From: a virus
Lineage: Duplodnaviria > Caudoviricetes
IMG/VR virus record: IMGVR_UViG_2571042740_000001
Location: 10,801 to 74,800 of that record
Length of the DNA stretch: 64,000 bases
Reading direction: 5' to 3' (one strand)
Shown here: positions 18,601 through 27,432 of the stretch, one piece after another
How positions within the stretch are numbered: position 1 is the first letter of the stretch
Layout of the letters: each line of letters begins with the position of its first letter
Program-made: the position numbers and the translations under genes
Notes under the pieces: generated by a model
Told to the model about the DNA's origin: nothing
The model's input: only the letters and a program-made list of their open reading frames with translations
Database searches by the model: none

Positions 18601-20571
18601 CTGAATACGGGTAACAATAGACCTGATTGCAGGCATCAGGATCTCACCGAAGCTGATTGCAAGCTCCTGCAACTGAGATTTCAGGATGGTCATCTGTCCG
18701 GCAAGGTTGTCCTGCATGGTGTCTGCCATGCCCTTCGCAGAACCTTCACAGCCGTAAATGGCAGTAGAGAGCTTGTTATAGTCCTCCTCACTGGCATTGA
18801 TGATCGCAAGCATACCCGCCATATTCTGCTTACCGAAGATAGCGGCAGCCGCCTGCATCTGCTCTGCCTGTGCAAGGCCCTCTGTTGTTGTTGACAGTTC
18901 TGCAACAATATCATCGAAATCACGGGCATTTCCCTCGGCGTCTGTCAATTCCACATTGACCTTGCCCATTTTCTCGCGGAGCATACCCATGATATCTCCG
19001 AGCGAACGCATATTGCCGTCTGCATCGGTCATGAGTGTATTTGCCCCGGCGATCTCTTTGGAGACACCTTCCTGTTCTTTTGCAAGTGCCTCCTGCGCAC
19101 GGGCAAGTTTCAGCTGTGCTTTTTCGTAGTTATTGCTTGCAAGCTGTGCCTGCGAACTGCCCTCGCCGTACTTGCTGATCGCATCGTTCAGTTTGATCTG
19201 TGCATTGTCAAGGGAGATAGTCGCATCCTCTACAGCCTGTTCAGCTTTCTCAACCTTTGCAAAGTCGATTTTCTGAATGGTCTCAGTGCTGATAAAGCCG
19301 AGCTGCTGCATTGCTGCCGCCTGCTGTTTGGTCGGTTTTGTGAGGTTTACAAGTGCGTTTTTCAAGCTGTTACCGGCCTGAGAGCCTTTGATACCTGAAT
19401 TAGCCATGAGTCCGAGAGCAATAGATAAGTCCTCCGCACTCGCTCCCATTGAACCGGCAATCGGAGCAACATATTTGAAGGATTCGCCCATGAGAGACAC
19501 ATTCGTGTTGGCGTTACTCGATGCTGCCGCGAGGATATCTGCGAAGTGCGCAGAATCATCCGCGCTCATACCAAGAGCCGTCAGAGCGTCCGTAACAATA
19601 TCCGATGTCGTTGCAAGGTCTTCACCGGAAGCTGCAGCGAGGTTCATAATACCCTCGACACCGTTCAGCATATCCTCGGTTTTCCAGCCCGCCATTGCCA
19701 TATAGTTCATGGCATCAGCGGCTTCCGATGCTGAGAATTTCGTCTGACTGCCCATCTCCCGGGCCTTATCTCTCAGTGCCTGAAGATCCTCACCGGTCGC
19801 ACCGGATACAGCGGAGACCTTGCTCATGGATGCATCAAAATCCGCTGTAGTTTTTACAGCGGCAGTTCCGAGTCCGAGGATCGGTACAGTCACATATTTT
19901 GTCAGGTTCGTACCGACCGTTGCGATCTTGTCGCCGACCTTTTCAATAGATGCTCCCGCTTCACCGATTTTTACAAGTGCCGTCTGAGAATTTGCAGCTT
20001 CCTGCTGCAGATTTCGCAGTTCCTGTTCCGTATCGACAATTTCACGCTGAAGGGCGTCGTACTGCTCAGGCGGAATCGGATGTCCGAATTCATCGGAGAC
20101 ATCCTTTGCCTGCTGTTTCAAGCCGTTCAGCTCATCGGTGGTCTGCTTGATCTCACTTTGCAGGGCATCATATTTCTCCTGCGAAATTTCACCGCGGGAA
20201 AGCTGTTCATCGGCGATGCGGCTCTGCTCCTTCAGTTCCCGGAGCTTTGTCTCAGTCTCACCGATCTTCTGCTTGATAGGGTCGTATTTTGCCTTCCACG
20301 CATCGTAATTGTCTTTGGTTTTGGCAGCCTGTTCGCTGGCTTTTTTCAGTGTTTCGAGCTTGTCACTGGTCGATGATACGGCATCGGCAAGCAATCGCTG
20401 TTTCTGCGACAGCAGTTCCGTATTGGTAGGGTCGAGCTTCAGCAGCTTTTCGACATCCTTGAGCTGTGTCTGCGTGTTTTTGATATTCTTATTGACACCT
20501 TCAAGGGCTTTGCTGAGTTTCGTGGTATCGCCGCCGATCTCAACGGTGATGCCCTTGATTCTGTTTGCCAT
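15694..20571 (-). CDS. Tail tape measure protein (TP901 family)
   Basis: ~1625 aa; TKFSASEAA, GIKGSQAG core; 11-aa W/F periodic repeats. Confidence 0.95.
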   Translation of the reverse strand: MANRIKGITVEIGGDTTKLSKALEGVNKNIKNTQTQLKDVEKLLKLDPTNTELLSQKQRLLADAVSSTSDKLETLKKASEQAAKTKDNYDAWKAKYDPIKQKIGETETKLRELKEQSRIADEQLSRGEISQEKYDALQSEIKQTTDELNGLKQQAKDVSDEFGHPIPPEQYDALQREIVDTEQELRNLQQEAANSQTALVKIGEAGASIEKVGDKIATVGTNLTKYVTVPILGLGTAAVKTTADFDASMSKVSAVSGATGEDLQALRDKAREMGSQTKFSASEAADAMNYMAMAGWKTEDMLNGVEGIMNLAAASGEDLATTSDIVTDALTALGMSADDSAHFADILAAASSNANTNVSLMGESFKYVAPIAGSMGASAEDLSIALGLMANSGIKGSQAGNSLKNALVNLTKPTKQQAAAMQQLGFISTETIQKIDFAKVEKAEQAVEDATISLDNAQIKLNDAISKYGEGSSQAQLASNNYEKAQLKLARAQEALAKEQEGVSKEIAGANTLMTDADGNMRSLGDIMGMLREKMGKVNVELTDAEGNARDFDDIVAELSTTTEGLAQAEQMQAAAAIFGKQNMAGMLAIINASEEDYNKLSTAIYGCEGSAKGMADTMQDNLAGQMTILKSQLQELAISFGEILMPAIRSIVTRIQGLIDKFNAMSPATKETIVKIALVAAALGPLLLVIGKTMVGVGKLMQLVANLPSMIAGAKAAFSSFGAAIGGISAPVVAVIAVIAALVAAFVHLWKTNEDFRNKITAIWEQIKSIFSGFCQGIVDRINALGFDFKNITEIIKAVWDGLCKFLKPIFEGQFQQIANIFKAVTDIILSVLDVFVGIFTGDWDKVWNGIKGIFVAVWNFIKDTLKNALNMLCGIFGTDLGEVKDFWVGVWTSIKNFFVNIWNGIKNFVSTVLNAIKNFFTTIWTGIKNFFVGIWTAIYNSVAEKINLIQTVITVVWNAIHTAISTVLNAIWSVITTVWQTIYDFISPLLEAFRYLFETIFEAIHVIISRVMDWIHEKITTTWETIKAVVTIVLEGIKTFFETIWNAISTTVSTVMDTISNVISTVWNAISGFISSILNAIWSVISSIWESIKNHITNTLNAIHAVVSAVWNAISGFVGSVLNAISSTVSNIWNGIKNTVSTVMNAIKNTVSNIWNSVKSAVTEKITAIKDTIVNGFNAAVNFIKNLGSQAFQWGADIINNIVSGIKNCIGKVADAVKGVADKIKSFLHFSVPDEGPLADFESWMPDFMQGLADGINQNAGVVGDAINGFAGNLAETISTVIRNALSNVVTAVQGFMEQVFDTVKNVWANANTAIDATMSQIKIGITGGWKAIVSVVENALDSIKKVITTTWKAAVSVIEAALDGIKKIVTAVWTAMKTLINTGQLDIKNMISTTWNAAKDVVNTALNAIRTVVQSVWNAMPDIVRNPMNQVKDAVLSIWDNIRNGIGDRLGGVRDAVTNAMRAVYDAVMDKVNSSWSWGRDLMQNLINGLNYMLGNLINTVADVARAISDYLHFSVPDKGPLTEFESWMPDFMKGLAQGINKSKKYVEKAISGVADAMAIAMNSDFNVDMSGVTGAMVGAGGTTVVNNYNNDNSRTVNQTNNSPKSLSRLEIYRQTRNALNI

Positions 20572-20622
20572 GCGGATCACCTGCCTTTCGCATGGGTATA
20601 TTCAAGCATTAAAAATGTGCTG

Positions 20623-21276
20623 TTATTGTTTCATCAGCCTGAATGTTTCTGACAGGCTTTTGTGTTTCAGCTTCCTCGGCTCAAACCCGATCACATCGAA
20701 AAACAGGTGCATAACAGCACCGCCGAAAAATACAGAAATGAGTGTACCAATACCAACCGAGCCGCCGAGTAACCACCCAGCAAATGTGATAACTGCCCAC
20801 AGTAGTATCTCAACCACCCCGATCGGTATCTTCGGCATTCGTTTCCCGATAGCAATCAGCAGCCCGTCCTTCGGACCACAGCCCTGTTCTGCTGACATAT
20901 ACAGATACATTCCGAGTGAGATAAACAGAAATCCGAACAGCATCAGTACGATACCCAGCCAAATGCTGTGATTCTCAGGATATGGGGAATAATCGTTCAA
21001 TAGCTGTGTCAGGTTCCCGGTTATAACAGCATCCAGTATTGTCGCAGACCCGATACGCTCCAAGAAAAGAAGCTGTATCAGAACCGCAGTCACAGAGATC
21101 AGCACCATAGAACTGCCGTAGTTCAGCGGTGTATGCTGTGCGATACCCATGCCGAGGCAGTCCCAAGGTGCCAGACCAATGTTTGCGGCTATCGTCAGAT
21201 GCACACCGAAGGAGTAAACGGCAAGCCCGAATAAGATCCGCAGCCAGCCGGAAACGATGTGCTTTTTAGAAGGCAT
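20623..21276 (-). CDS. YczE/YyaS/YitT-family membrane protein
   Basis: ANIGLAPWD, GCGPKDGL, GGSVGIGT; multiple TM helices; start MPSKK overlaps the upstream stop. Confidence 0.85.
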   Translation of the reverse strand: MPSKKHIVSGWLRILFGLAVYSFGVHLTIAANIGLAPWDCLGMGIAQHTPLNYGSSMVLISVTAVLIQLLFLERIGSATILDAVITGNLTQLLNDYSPYPENHSIWLGIVLMLFGFLFISLGMYLYMSAEQGCGPKDGLLIAIGKRMPKIPIGVVEILLWAVITFAGWLLGGSVGIGTLISVFFGGAVMHLFFDVIGFEPRKLKHKSLSETFRLMKQ

Positions 21277-21430
21277 CGAAGTTTTCCTGCGTTGCCTTGA
21301 TCGGGTAATCATAATCGTCATTATCCTTTTCAATGAACATTTCGTTGACCATCCCGATAGTGAGCAGATCAAGGTCGGAAAGACTCAGCCCGATCTGCAC
21401 ACATCGGAGAAGGAACAGCGGCGTTGTCAT
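21266..21430 (-). CDS. Tail assembly chaperone C-terminal extension (gpT-like), reached by -1 frameshift; not in the ORF track
   Basis: MTTPLFLLRCVQIGLSLSDLDLLTIGMVNEMFIEKDND...FDAF*, open in the -1 frame from the A8G run at 21452-21460. Confidence 0.8.
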   Translation of the reverse strand: MTTPLFLLRCVQIGLSLSDLDLLTIGMVNEMFIEKDNDDYDYPIKATQENFDAF

Positions 21431-21807
21431 CTCGCGGTCAACTGGGCGAGACTTTTTTTTGACTCTGCCTGCGTCTCCAGATTCACGCCCCAGAGTTCAA
21501 AGAGCTGCGGCAGCACTTCGTAGATTGAGAAGGTGTTGAACTGCTCCAACCACTCATCCGGGCTGTCCGGAACGCCCTCCGGGTCAGCGTGCTTTGCCAT
21601 AGTCCAGGCGATATTCTCGAACACCTCAAGGCTCTCGATACCGAGACCGGAATTCTCCTCATCGCTCTCGTCAACCGAATCCTTCAGCGCAGAGAAATCC
21701 TTGAAGATGTCCTTGCGGAACTTTGCACGGTAAAGGCGAGGCAGTGTAGCACTCGCCTTGAAAGGAACCTCGATGCCGTCAACAGTAATTGTTTTTCTGA
21801 TAGCCAT
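21427..21807 (-). CDS. Tail assembly chaperone (gpG-like)
   Basis: Between the major tail and tape measure genes; ends with a slippery site (ESKKS). Confidence 0.8.
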   Translation of the reverse strand: MAIRKTITVDGIEVPFKASATLPRLYRAKFRKDIFKDFSALKDSVDESDEENSGLGIESLEVFENIAWTMAKHADPEGVPDSPDEWLEQFNTFSIYEVLPQLFELWGVNLETQAESKKSLAQLTAR

Positions 21808-21822
21808 ATACTTTCCTCCGAA

Positions 21823-22473
21823 TCAGTCAGTAGTAGTGGATGCGGCTGTGCTGCCGCCCTTTGTGGTACTTGCGGAACGTGTATTGGTGCTGTTGTTGGT
21901 AGTAGCCGCTGTCGGGATATAGACGGTGTTGTACCAGTTGTTGTAGGTGGTCTCATCTGTGCTTTCACAGGTCTTGGACTTTACCAGACCGGAAGGCAGC
22001 GCAGAAGCCTTCAGCGACAGTGTCTCTGTCTTGACTTCCTTGCTCTCCTCAGTGGTCTGACCTTCAGTTGCAGGACGGGATGCAGAGCAGCAGTACAGCA
22101 CATGACGAATGTGATTTTTGTCTCCGTCAAACTCGAACAGGAGTGCGAACTGCGATGTCTCCGCATCGTTGCGCTCCACGAGAACGCCCTTGCTGTCGAG
22201 CTGTTCGCCGAGGATATCGGTTGCGAAATCGGTGGTGATGAGCGCGATTTCGAGGTCACCCTCATAGCCTGCGTTGTTGTTGATAACGTAGTAAACGGTG
22301 TTGTCGGCGTAGAAATTGTCGTTCTCGCCGTTTGCGTCAATGCTCAGCGAGACTGCACCGGGCAGACGGACAGGCGTTGCAAATGTCGGCACACCGTCAT
22401 CGCTCCACGCTGTGATCTTTGCCCAGTGAACCTTGTTCAGACCGAACTTGACCTTGTTTTTCTTCAGAGCCAT
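21823..22473 (-). CDS. Major tail protein (phi13 family)
   Basis: KVKFGLNKVH, FYADN, FALLFEFDGD. Confidence 0.9.
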   Translation of the reverse strand: MALKKNKVKFGLNKVHWAKITAWSDDGVPTFATPVRLPGAVSLSIDANGENDNFYADNTVYYVINNNAGYEGDLEIALITTDFATDILGEQLDSKGVLVERNDAETSQFALLFEFDGDKNHIRHVLYCCSASRPATEGQTTEESKEVKTETLSLKASALPSGLVKSKTCESTDETTYNNWYNTVYIPTAATTNNSTNTRSASTTKGGSTAASTTTD

Positions 22474-22475
22474 AT

Positions 22476-22793
22476 TCATACCTCCAATGTGTACAGGACC
22501 TCATAGAGCCGTTCGCTCTCGATCCATGTTTCAGATTTTGTATAATAAATATTGTGCTGATGCAGTACTTCCTCTACACGCTCCTCCGCATCCGGGGATT
22601 TTTCATCGGTGTACAGTTCAATATGCAGCCGCTTGAAGCTGACATACATCAGATTATCCGCACTGAATGTATTTTCACCGGGAGACAGAAACAGCGTGAA
22701 CGGAGGATCTGGGCTTTCACCCTCTGCGAAATGATGATACGCAAAGGGCAGCCCGATCTCCTGCATCATCTCGGAAATTTCTTCGTAGGTCAC
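22476..22793 (-). CDS. Putative tail terminator
   Basis: AYHHFAEG, FSADN, WIESERLYEVLY; synteny. Confidence 0.75.
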   Translation of the reverse strand: MTYEEISEMMQEIGLPFAYHHFAEGESPDPPFTLFLSPGENTFSADNLMYVSFKRLHIELYTDEKSPDAEERVEEVLHQHNIYYTKSETWIESERLYEVLYTLEV

Positions 22794-23158
22794 GATAACT
22801 CCTTTTTAATGAGCGTTTCGAGCATATCCGCACCGTTTGCTTCGGCAGGAGCGATATGCGGGATAGCCGCCACACGTCCGCCGCCGCGCTTTGCATGACC
22901 GTGTTCGAGGAGATGTGCGATCTGATAGCGGTCTTTGCTGTGGACGGTCATTTCCAGTGTGTGGCTGTTTTCCTTCGTTTTCTTCGCTGTCCAGCTTCGC
23001 TTGTAGCGCCCGGACTTCACAGGGGCGTTGGCAGAGATCTCGTTTTTGACCGCTGTTGCCGTTTTTCTCACAGCGCGTTTCATGCCCGCATCTGCAAGCT
23101 CCGCATATTCCGTCAGTCCCTTCATGACCTCCGATGCCAGATCGTCAATAGATGTCAT
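22790..23158 (-). CDS. HK97 gp10-family protein
   Basis: APVKSGRY, HLLEHGH, PHIAPA. Confidence 0.85.
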   Translation of the reverse strand: MTSIDDLASEVMKGLTEYAELADAGMKRAVRKTATAVKNEISANAPVKSGRYKRSWTAKKTKENSHTLEMTVHSKDRYQIAHLLEHGHAKRGGGRVAAIPHIAPAEANGADMLETLIKKELS

Positions 23159-23510
23159 CCTTCGCACCTGCCTTTCTGGATTCGCAGATCAGCTTCATAT
23201 AGTCCTGCGTCTGATAATTCGGCACAATGCCCTTGATGTCATAGTCAATACCTTCAAAGCGGATGCGGTATACGGTAGAAGCCATCTTTTTTGTCTGCGG
23301 GGTCTGACGGATAATGACCTCCAGCTTTTGTATCTCTCTGGTCACTCCGGTATTTGTTTCCTCAGCTGCACCGCCCACGGTATTGGATACCGTCACGGAA
23401 GCCCAGAGGGAGAACACCTCCTCCCACCGGGCTTTGTGATTTCCGATCGCATCTTTTTTGACATGATTTTCGAGGACGGCGATCCGCTGATTCAGTTTTC
23501 CAATCTCCAT
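23145..23510 (-). CDS. Head closure / head-tail adaptor
   Basis: GKLNQRI, DAIGN, RIRFEGIDYDI. Confidence 0.85.
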   Translation of the reverse strand: MEIGKLNQRIAVLENHVKKDAIGNHKARWEEVFSLWASVTVSNTVGGAAEETNTGVTREIQKLEVIIRQTPQTKKMASTVYRIRFEGIDYDIKGIVPNYQTQDYMKLICESRKAGAKDDIY

Positions 23511-23788
23511 CAGACCACGCCCTCTCTTTGTGCGAATAATAGCGCCCTGAGTGTCAGTGTCAGTGCATGATAATCTGCAGTATTGCGGTTTTCATAGAGG
23601 TAAGATACAGTATACAGCATAGCCTGCCGGGAGGTTTCCTCATTTTCCGCTAACTGTTTTTCGGTCATGCGTCCCACATCCATCACGAGCCGCTGCGCCG
23701 TATCGATCAGAGTGAGGATGAGCTTGTCATCCTCACAGTGGTCAACACGGAGGTAGTTTTTTGTTTCAGGCAGTGAGATCAGATTCAC
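23510..23788 (-). CDS. Head-tail connector (gp6-like)
   Basis: KNYLRVD..EDD.LI, YLYENR. Confidence 0.88.
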   Translation of the reverse strand: MNLISLPETKNYLRVDHCEDDKLILTLIDTAQRLVMDVGRMTEKQLAENEETSRQAMLYTVSYLYENRNTADYHALTLTLRALLFAQREGVV

Positions 23789-23808
23789 TTATCTGCCCTC
23801 CGTTCTTA

Positions 23809-25065
23809 TCAGCCGTTGCCGCCGGTATTACCGCCGGTTGTACCGCCGCCGGTGGTGTTGGACTTCGTACCTGCCATCTTCAGCACCTTCACGGACTCCG
23901 GCAGGATCAGACGACCGTCCACACGCTGTGTGGTAAGGAAGCCGACCTGATCGGTGCGGGCATACAGCTCGTTCAGACGGCGGAAGGTGCGGTTCTGACG
24001 GTCTGCCACCCAGTAATTCTTCATGTCACCGAAGAGAAGCACACGCTCGCCCTTGGCGATACCGGGCATGAAAGAGCTGGTGCGGATCGGTCTGCCGAGC
24101 AGAGTGTCCGGCTTTGCGATGTCGAGGGACGGCTTCCAGAGGTAGTTGTCGTTCTTGTCCTTCAGCTTCATGAGCTGAAGCAGGATTGTCTCATTGCAGA
24201 CGAACTGTGCGTTTCTGCGGTAGGGAGACTTCAGGCTGTAGTAGAGATCAAAGATCTCATCGAAGGTGATCGCTGTCTGCGAAGCGGCAGTCACGCCAAG
24301 CTCTGCACCGCCGGTCTCATCGAGGATACCGAGGGGCTTCTTGTCGCCGTCACCGGTGAAGAATGCACGCTCCTCGGCATTGCCCATTGCAACACCGAAA
24401 CGTGCAGCGATATACGATGCGAGGTCAAAGGCGGAGTCGTGCAGAAGCTCGTTGCTGATCTTGATCATCGTGCCGAGCTTGTATGCGGAGAGGGTCGTCT
24501 GACCGAAACGTGTATCGGTCTCCGGGATCTCCTCACCCTCATCGATCCACTGTGCCTCCATCGTATCGTTCGCAATCGGGATCTTACGGGTGCCGGAATT
24601 GGTCTTGATGACCGTTGCCATCTGACGGAAGATGTTGTTCTCTTCCAGTGCCTGAATCAGTCTGCGCTCGAACTCGTCCGGCACAGTGTAGCCGCCCTCG
24701 GTGTCCTCACCGACAGAGAGTGCGTTGCGGACTGCAAGCTGATCGCCCTTGTTGCGGATCATATCCCAGAAGGCAGACTTGTACTCGTCAGTCGCGGTCG
24801 GGTTGGTGGGCGGCGTATTCTTTGTGCAGGGAGCGTTGGTGACGGGCTTGGAGGTCGGTGCGGAAAGTGCCGCATCGAGGGCTGCCTGCTGCTCAAGGCG
24901 CTCGATCTCTGCGCCCAGCGCCTGCACCTCACCGGCCATTTTGTTGTACTGCTCCACTGCGGAAGCCTCCACGAGACCGTTCTCACCACGGTGCTTTTCG
25001 AGGAATGCCTTTGTCTGCTCCCACAGGGTATTACGCTTGCTGCGAAGTTCCATGATCTTGCTCAT
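23809..25065 (-). CDS. Major capsid protein, HK97 family
   Basis: EGGYTVPDEF, ISNELLHDS, FFTGDG.KKP.G, RVDG. Confidence 0.95.
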   Translation of the reverse strand: MSKIMELRSKRNTLWEQTKAFLEKHRGENGLVEASAVEQYNKMAGEVQALGAEIERLEQQAALDAALSAPTSKPVTNAPCTKNTPPTNPTATDEYKSAFWDMIRNKGDQLAVRNALSVGEDTEGGYTVPDEFERRLIQALEENNIFRQMATVIKTNSGTRKIPIANDTMEAQWIDEGEEIPETDTRFGQTTLSAYKLGTMIKISNELLHDSAFDLASYIAARFGVAMGNAEERAFFTGDGDKKPLGILDETGGAELGVTAASQTAITFDEIFDLYYSLKSPYRRNAQFVCNETILLQLMKLKDKNDNYLWKPSLDIAKPDTLLGRPIRTSSFMPGIAKGERVLLFGDMKNYWVADRQNRTFRRLNELYARTDQVGFLTTQRVDGRLILPESVKVLKMAGTKSNTTGGGTTGGNTGGNG

Positions 25066-25119
25066 ATCTTTTCTCCGTTTCTGCCGGATATCTCCGGCTG
25101 TCATAAAAATACAGCCTGC

Positions 25120-26049
25120 TTATCTCAGAAAAGCAAGCTGCTGTTTCAAAATCTCATACGGCATAGCGCCGTCAGCGGTTTTGCCGTCCATACCGATCAC
25201 AGGTATTTCCGGCACTGTAACTGTCGGTACGGTCAGCTCTTCCTCGGAAGGTTTCTGTGCATCATCTGCCTTGCCGTCATCGGACGGCTCTGCGCCTCCC
25301 GGTGCTGCGGAAGCGGTGATCTTTCCCAGAATGGTCTGTCCCATGACACGGGTACTGTACTCCCAAAGGGCATCGCCGGTGTCCAGCTTGAACGGCTTCT
25401 TTTCGGTCTCTTTCTTTTCATCGCCCTCATCGTCACCGCCTTCCTTATCGGGCTTGTCAGGCTCGTCCGGATCGTCAGGATCATCCTCCTTCTTGTCCGG
25501 TTCGGGCTTTTCGTCAAAGAGGATCTCATCAGCAAAGCCCAGCTCGACCGCCTTTTTCGCATTGATCCATGTCTCATCGGACATGAGTTTGCTGATGCGG
25601 TTTCGGGAAAGACCCGTCTTTGCGGCATATGCGTTGATGATGCTTTCTTTGACCTCGTTCAACGTTGCAATTGCTTTTTCCATGTCCTTTGCATTGCCGA
25701 AAGCAATGGTGGACGGGTCATGGATCATGAGAAGTGCGGTGGGAGACATCTGCACGGTATTGCCTGCCATAGCGATCACACTTGCCGCTGATGCAGCGAT
25801 GCTTGCGATTCTGACAGTGACATTGTGCGGATAGTCACGGATCATTGTGTAGATCTCTGCAGCGGCGAAGACGTTGCCGCCCGGTGAATTGATCCAGAGT
25901 GTGAGGTCGCCGTCCTCGGTATACAGCTCATCTCTGAAATCCTGCGGCGTGATCTCATCGCCCCAGAACGAATCCGAGTCGATCGGTCCCTCCAGGCGGA
26001 GCACTCTACCGCCGCTGTCATCGTGAATATAGTCCCAGAATTTCGGCAT
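25120..26049 (-). CDS. ClpP-like prohead maturation protease
   Basis: WINSPGG, AASAASVIAMAG, MIHDP, ETW. Confidence 0.92.
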   Translation of the reverse strand: MPKFWDYIHDDSGGRVLRLEGPIDSDSFWGDEITPQDFRDELYTEDGDLTLWINSPGGNVFAAAEIYTMIRDYPHNVTVRIASIAASAASVIAMAGNTVQMSPTALLMIHDPSTIAFGNAKDMEKAIATLNEVKESIINAYAAKTGLSRNRISKLMSDETWINAKKAVELGFADEILFDEKPEPDKKEDDPDDPDEPDKPDKEGGDDEGDEKKETEKKPFKLDTGDALWEYSTRVMGQTILGKITASAAPGGAEPSDDGKADDAQKPSEEELTVPTVTVPEIPVIGMDGKTADGAMPYEILKQQLAFLR

Positions 26050-27420
26050 TTACATCCCTCCGTTTCGTACTTTCTTCCTGCGCCTTTTCCGCAGGAATCT
26101 GTCATCGGTCGATTCTTCATCCGGTTCGTCCTGTTCCTCTGTATCTGTCTGCTCCGGCTCGTCCAGGTCGTAGGCGGCACCTGCATCCTGCAGCTTGTTA
26201 TAGCTGCCGTTGAGGTAATAATCATCACCGCCGAGATCGTGCGGAATAAGATCCATGTTTTCAAGCCTGCGCACATCATTCGGGCTCATAAAGCCGTTAC
26301 CGACACCGATCGCATAAGCGTTCATTCTGCTCTGATAATCGCCGCGCATCAGGCCGTCCACATTGAATTTCGGGAAATATACATCCTGTTCCTCCTCCAG
26401 CAGAAGGTCTTTGATGATGCCTTTTTCAATGCGGATGATCCACGGCATGAGCGAATACTGCACAAATGCGATGCCCTGATGCTCGATGTTATTGAAGGTG
26501 CTGCGCTTCAGGTCCTGTACCAGATGGGGCGGCACCTGAAACATTCGGCAGATCTCTTCCACATCAAATTCTCTTGTGGATAGGAACTGCGAATCCTCCG
26601 GCGGCAGCGAGATCGGTTTATACTGCATTCCTTCTTCTAGGACTGCGATGCGGTGCGCATTGCGGGAACCGCCGTACACCCTCGTCCAGTTCTCACGGAT
26701 CTTTTCCGGATTTTTCAGCACGCCCGGATGTTCCAGAACACCGGCAGGCTGCGCTCCGTTTTTGAAGAAGGCGCTGCCGTAACGCTCCACCGCCATTGCT
26801 GCGCCCAGCGCATTTTTCATCATGGCAATGGGTGAAAATCCCACAAGTCCGTTGAATCCCAGACCGGGAATGTGAAGAATCTCGTCCCGCTGAAAAATGA
26901 TATCCTTGTCATGCTCACCGGGCTTTTCGTCGGTGTATGCATGGTAGGTGTAAAACAAGTCGCCGCTTTTCGGGTCGCGGTCGATCTCCATGTTTTCCGG
27001 AAGCAGCGGATACAGACCGAGGATCTCGTTCTTACCGTCCCGGACGATCTGTGCGTATGCGTTGCCCCAGAGCAGCAAATGACACATCAGCGCCTCCCAG
27101 AATGAAAATGAACTCATTTCGGGATTCGGCTGCCGGTAGAGTATCTTATACAGCGGATGATCGGTAGCGCGTTCCTTATCCTCTCCGGCACCTGTATATC
27201 TGTACAGATGCAGCGGAAGCCCTGCGATAGTATTTGACAGCAGTCTCACACAGGCATAAACGGTCACGATTTGCATTGCCGTTCGTTCATCGACACGCTC
27301 TCCGCTGTGCGTCATTCCGAAAACAAACAGATTACCGGAATCGCGGACATTGTCCCGGATATCCGGCAATGACGGTGCATCTCTCGGCTTGTTGATGCCA
27401 AGCCAGCTTAATAAGCCCAT
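26050..27420 (-). CDS. Portal protein, HK97 family
   Basis: VYACV, PNPEMSS, LLLWGNAY, GLVGFSPI. Confidence 0.95.
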   Translation of the reverse strand: MGLLSWLGINKPRDAPSLPDIRDNVRDSGNLFVFGMTHSGERVDERTAMQIVTVYACVRLLSNTIAGLPLHLYRYTGAGEDKERATDHPLYKILYRQPNPEMSSFSFWEALMCHLLLWGNAYAQIVRDGKNEILGLYPLLPENMEIDRDPKSGDLFYTYHAYTDEKPGEHDKDIIFQRDEILHIPGLGFNGLVGFSPIAMMKNALGAAMAVERYGSAFFKNGAQPAGVLEHPGVLKNPEKIRENWTRVYGGSRNAHRIAVLEEGMQYKPISLPPEDSQFLSTREFDVEEICRMFQVPPHLVQDLKRSTFNNIEHQGIAFVQYSLMPWIIRIEKGIIKDLLLEEEQDVYFPKFNVDGLMRGDYQSRMNAYAIGVGNGFMSPNDVRRLENMDLIPHDLGGDDYYLNGSYNKLQDAGAAYDLDEPEQTDTEEQDEPDEESTDDRFLRKRRRKKVRNGGM

Positions 27421-27432
27421 AAATATTACCTC

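Noticed and set aside
23761-25791. 676-aa plus-strand ORF and similar long antisense ORFs (6391-7398, 34561-35916, 37700-38740, 43625-44539, 49711-51129)
   Set aside because: Shadows of strongly codon-biased minus-strand genes; no SD, no recognisable motifs.
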